Shown: one piece after another, positions 31,137 to 34,015 of the stretch | Layout of the letters: each line of letters opens with the position of its first letter | Position numbering within the stretch: position 1 is the stretch's first letter | From: Nitrospirota bacterium | GTDB taxonomy: Bacteria > JACPQY01 | Assembly: GCA_016180645.1 (NCBI GenBank) | Contig: JACPAV010000036.1 | Span: forward strand, 1 to 34,015 | DNA: 34,015 nt | Direction of reading: 5' to 3' | Made by a program: the position numbers and the translations under genes | The notes under the pieces: generated by a model | What the model saw: the letters and a program-made list of their open reading frames with translations, nothing else | What the model was told of the DNA's origin: nothing | Databases searched by the model: none

Positions 31137-33083
31137 TCATGCTCTCCGTTTCAAGTGAAATGAAATCCTACCTAGGCGGATGTGGTCACCGCCCATGAGG
31201 CGTTGGGGCTCCTGGATGCGTTCAGGGCCGGTCCTCACATAGGTGCCGTTGCGGCTGCCGAGATCCTGAATCCAAAAATGACCGTCCTGGTAGTCGATGC
31301 GGGCGTGATGTTCCGAAACGGACGAATCGGCGAGCACGATACCATTGTCCTTGCCGCGGCCGATGGTGAAGGAACTGGCGACCATAACCCATTCTCGGAA
31401 AGGTTTTCGTCCCCCCTCCTTCTCCGATAGAGCGAGAGCTTGAAGCTTCGTCTGTCGCCCGCCAATGGTTGACGTCGTCGTGACGCTCGAGACAACGTCG
31501 GACTCTGTGAGGATTCTGACCGAGAGCTTGAAGTTCGTGCCGAACAGGATTTCGCCGGAATGGGACAGGACAGTGGGAGATTCAATCTTCGCCCCTTCGA
31601 AATACGTGCCGAATGTGCTGGATAGATCAATCAGTCGATACAGGCCATCCGTGAATTCGATCTTCGCATGCCGGCGTGATAAATAGGTATCTTTGGAATC
31701 CTCGGGATCAAAGATATCGTTCTCCTCTGCGCGGCCGATCGTGACCGCGTTCTTCGCCAGGAGAACAACTTCCCTCCCTCCCTCCCACTCCAGGATTGCC
31801 GCCTTCATCGGAGCACTCATGCCGGTCAATTCCTTGTATAGGTTTTGGCCCTCCCGATGTTCCGGGAAAGCGGACAAGGCGGCGTTGACGGCCTCGACGG
31901 CCTCATCGATCTTCCACTCGGCCTTCAGGACGCGGGTCTTGCGGACCAGATCTTCCGCTTCGGCTTTCCGCCGATCTATCTCGCCAAGAAGGCGCTCCGC
32001 ATCCATCTTTCGGTTTCCCTCAAGCAAGGGCAATACGGATCGCAAGTCCTTGGCAGCGGTATCCAGCCGCCCGTTCTCCAGAGCAGTCTGGGCCGTTTCA
32101 AAATGGGACAGTGCCCGCCGGGCCTCGTGGACCCGGTCGAGTCCATCACGCGCGGGCTGATTCTCCGCATCGATGTCCAAGGCCTTTGAAAACTCGATTT
32201 CGGCTTCCCCGAGCATGCCCCTCTCCAATTTCCTTACGCCTCTCTTGATGTAGGACTGCACCCGGCGCGAGAAAATCCTTTGCCGAAGCTCGATGGCCTC
32301 CACATGATTCGGGGACTGCTGGATCACCTGCTCCACCATGGCAAGGGCCTGGTCTAAATTCTCTCTTTCTTCAAATCGTTCCGCCGCGCGCATTTTGGCC
32401 TGCTCGGCGCGGCCGGAGAAATAGAAACGCCCGCCCACCGCGCAGGCAAGCGCCAAGAGGAGGAGGCCGCAGACTGTTGGGATCGGGCCGACGATTACCG
32501 ACTTCGCGGAGGCAATCAGGGTACCTCCTTTCAGGGGCCTCAGCTCGGCGATGACGTTCGTATTCCCGAAGGCCGGGTAACTCGAAATGTCCGCAACAAG
32601 TTCCGGCGCCCTGAGCTTCGGATCTTCGCGAGTCTCCTCGTCGACTGTGTCCCTTTCGTACCGGTACCGTAACTTCTCCAGACTCTCGACCATTTCTGGA
32701 GCCGAGACGACTTCGAAACGGCTGTTGAGAGGCGGAATTGTTAGCTCGTGCTCGAGCATCCGCTTGAGAGTCTTGAGAAATGCTTCGTCGTGCTGATGCT
32801 GGTCTGTCTCAAGGTGGACGACCGCCACCCTCATAGCCCCTTCCCAATGGGCTTGCTTGCCGAATTGGCGCGCAAGGTCGGTAGCCGCCCCAGACTCTGA
32901 GAATGAGCACGCTGAAAACATAAGTGTTGCCAGCAAGGCGACCATCAGTATCCTTTCCTCAAGAGAAAAACGGACCACCATGGGGAGTTTTTCCACGCGG
33001 GGTGCCAGCCAAATGAAACACTCATGTGCCCGCCATACGGCGGGGGGTGCGGAATCGGGTCTGTGCCTACCGTCTATCTCCAT
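31137..33083 (-). CDS. Membrane-anchored TPR plus tandem FHA domain protein
   Basis: Hydrophobic segment with FSAC, extracytoplasmic domain, TM helix (VCGLLLLALACAVGG), TPRs, FHA1 (TIGRAEEN...LSRRHA...SSTFGT) and FHA2 (TIGRGKDN...VSEHHA...GSRNGT); the true start may be the later MVVRFSL. Confidence 0.85.
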   Translation of the reverse strand: MEIDGRHRPDSAPPAVWRAHECFIWLAPRVEKLPMVVRFSLEERILMVALLATLMFSACSFSESGAATDLARQFGKQAHWEGAMRVAVVHLETDQHQHDEAFLKTLKRMLEHELTIPPLNSRFEVVSAPEMVESLEKLRYRYERDTVDEETREDPKLRAPELVADISSYPAFGNTNVIAELRPLKGGTLIASAKSVIVGPIPTVCGLLLLALACAVGGRFYFSGRAEQAKMRAAERFEERENLDQALAMVEQVIQQSPNHVEAIELRQRIFSRRVQSYIKRGVRKLERGMLGEAEIEFSKALDIDAENQPARDGLDRVHEARRALSHFETAQTALENGRLDTAAKDLRSVLPLLEGNRKMDAERLLGEIDRRKAEAEDLVRKTRVLKAEWKIDEAVEAVNAALSAFPEHREGQNLYKELTGMSAPMKAAILEWEGGREVVLLAKNAVTIGRAEENDIFDPEDSKDTYLSRRHAKIEFTDGLYRLIDLSSTFGTYFEGAKIESPTVLSHSGEILFGTNFKLSVRILTESDVVSSVTTTSTIGGRQTKLQALALSEKEGGRKPFREWVMVASSFTIGRGKDNGIVLADSSVSEHHARIDYQDGHFWIQDLGSRNGTYVRTGPERIQEPQRLMGGDHIRLGRISFHLKRRA

Positions 33084-33138
33084 CTAAATTTCGAAGAACC
33101 AAAGTGTAAAAGGACAAAGGGTAAAAGGGTAAGAGAAT

Positions 33139-34015
33139 TCATGACCCCGTCCTCGCACAACGGAAGCCGTACTGGGCGTGCCTGCCCGAGGGAACGCTGT
33201 TGATACGAAAGGAGGAACGCACGTACTCCGTGAGGCTGCCCCAGTCGCCGCCACGAACCACGCGGCGGTATTGCCCAGACGAAGATCCCTTCGGGTTCCG
33301 CGAGGGCGAGCCGGAGTAGTACGTCTCCCCATACCAATCGCTCACCCACTCGTCTACGTTCCCCGCCATGTCCAGCGCCCCGTATGGACTCGCTCCTTCC
33401 GCCTTGCTCCCCACCGGCCACGTGCGAGTCTCCCCGCAACCATTGCCCCCGTCCCACATCACTGCATACCGGCACGATGCCTGTGCGTTCCCCCACGGAT
33501 ACTTCCTCCCATCACCCCCCCGCGCCGCCTTCTCCCACTCCGCCTCCGTGGGCAGCCGCTTACCCGCCCAAGCACAATACTTGCGGTCCCCTTCCCAAGT
33601 AACGCAATTCATGGGGTGGTTCCCTCGGCCATCGGGATGACCATAGTTGCAGAAGCGACTCAAATCTCCCAAGGAACGATCGACGTACCGATACTCATTG
33701 TGTTCACCTGCGCACGCACCCGCATTCACGCACTTCCGGTAGGCGTCCACCGTCACCTCCGTCTTGTCGATGGAAAAGGCATCCAGGTAAACCTTGTGAT
33801 AGGGCCTCTCGTCATTGCCGCACTCATTGTCCACGCTCTCGTTGCACCCCATCCAGAATTCCCCGGCGGGGACGAGGACCATATCCGATGGGACGGCCGC
33901 CTCGACCCACGCCTGCCGCTCTCGTTCGATGTTCTGCCGGTTCTGGGACCAGAACCAGTACCCGCCTCCGGCGAGGAGGAGAACCAAAGCCGCCACAGCC
34001 GCCCACACCGCGCGA
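33139..34015 (-). CDS. Formylglycine-generating enzyme (FGE-sulfatase/SUMF1) domain protein, 5' end outside the window
   Basis: TM helix then MVLVPAGEFWMG, ERPYHKVYLDAFSIDKTEVT, RLPTEAEWEKAARG, DMAGNVDEW, RVVRGG, GFRCAR; frame open to the window edge. Confidence 0.9.
   Translation of the reverse strand, partial: RAVWAAVAALVLLLAGGGYWFWSQNRQNIERERQAWVEAAVPSDMVLVPAGEFWMGCNESVDNECGNDERPYHKVYLDAFSIDKTEVTVDAYRKCVNAGACAGEHNEYRYVDRSLGDLSRFCNYGHPDGRGNHPMNCVTWEGDRKYCAWAGKRLPTEAEWEKAARGGDGRKYPWGNAQASCRYAVMWDGGNGCGETRTWPVGSKAEGASPYGALDMAGNVDEWVSDWYGETYYSGSPSRNPKGSSSGQYRRVVRGGDWGSLTEYVRSSFRINSVPSGRHAQYGFRCARTGS

Noticed and set aside
33101-33136. Short 7-8-bp purine-rich repeats (agtgtaaa aggacaa agggtaaa agggtaag)
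   Set aside because: Only four degenerate intergenic units; too weak to call separately.
33150-33270. DGR variable region at the end of the FGE (C-type lectin fold) gene
   Set aside because: Many NNC codons at the usual positions, but that is expected at high GC; no template repeat or reverse transcriptase in the window. It could only be tested genome-wide.

Overview
GC-rich bacterial accessory locus with no rRNA, tRNA or CRISPR array. Left two-thirds (1-22.6 kb): three paralogous giant lipoproteins share an unrecognised N-terminal domain with G(V/I)R(G/A) micro-repeats, an Ig-like stalk and different C-terminal regions (Calx-beta-like repeats; twin 7-bladed RCC1 propellers; twin 7-bladed YCF48/BNR propellers). 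One sits in a sigma-54 operon (small membrane protein > lipoprotein > UbiA-family prenyltransferase) divergent from a 1730-aa Ser/Thr kinase-STAND NTPase-TPR-GAF-sigma54 activator. These genes carry several kinds of REP-like palindromes and 7-bp repeat arrays in frame, and the RCC1 blades are near-identical 150-bp repeats with variation confined to three loops. Right third (22.6-34 kb): a recombination-scarred segment with two intact paralogous Xer-like tyrosine recombinases (a third survives as a tail fragment at 5.2 kb), dif-like palindromes, an XRE-ImmA/IrrE gene with a truncated PIN partner, an FtsK lacking its gamma domain, two orphan copies of the 3' end of a TPR-FHA-FHA gene, and a partial FGE-sulfatase gene. 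Four genes share an exact leaderless promoter geometry (-35/N17/-10/N6/start). All family assignments are from motif reading by eye, not database searches.
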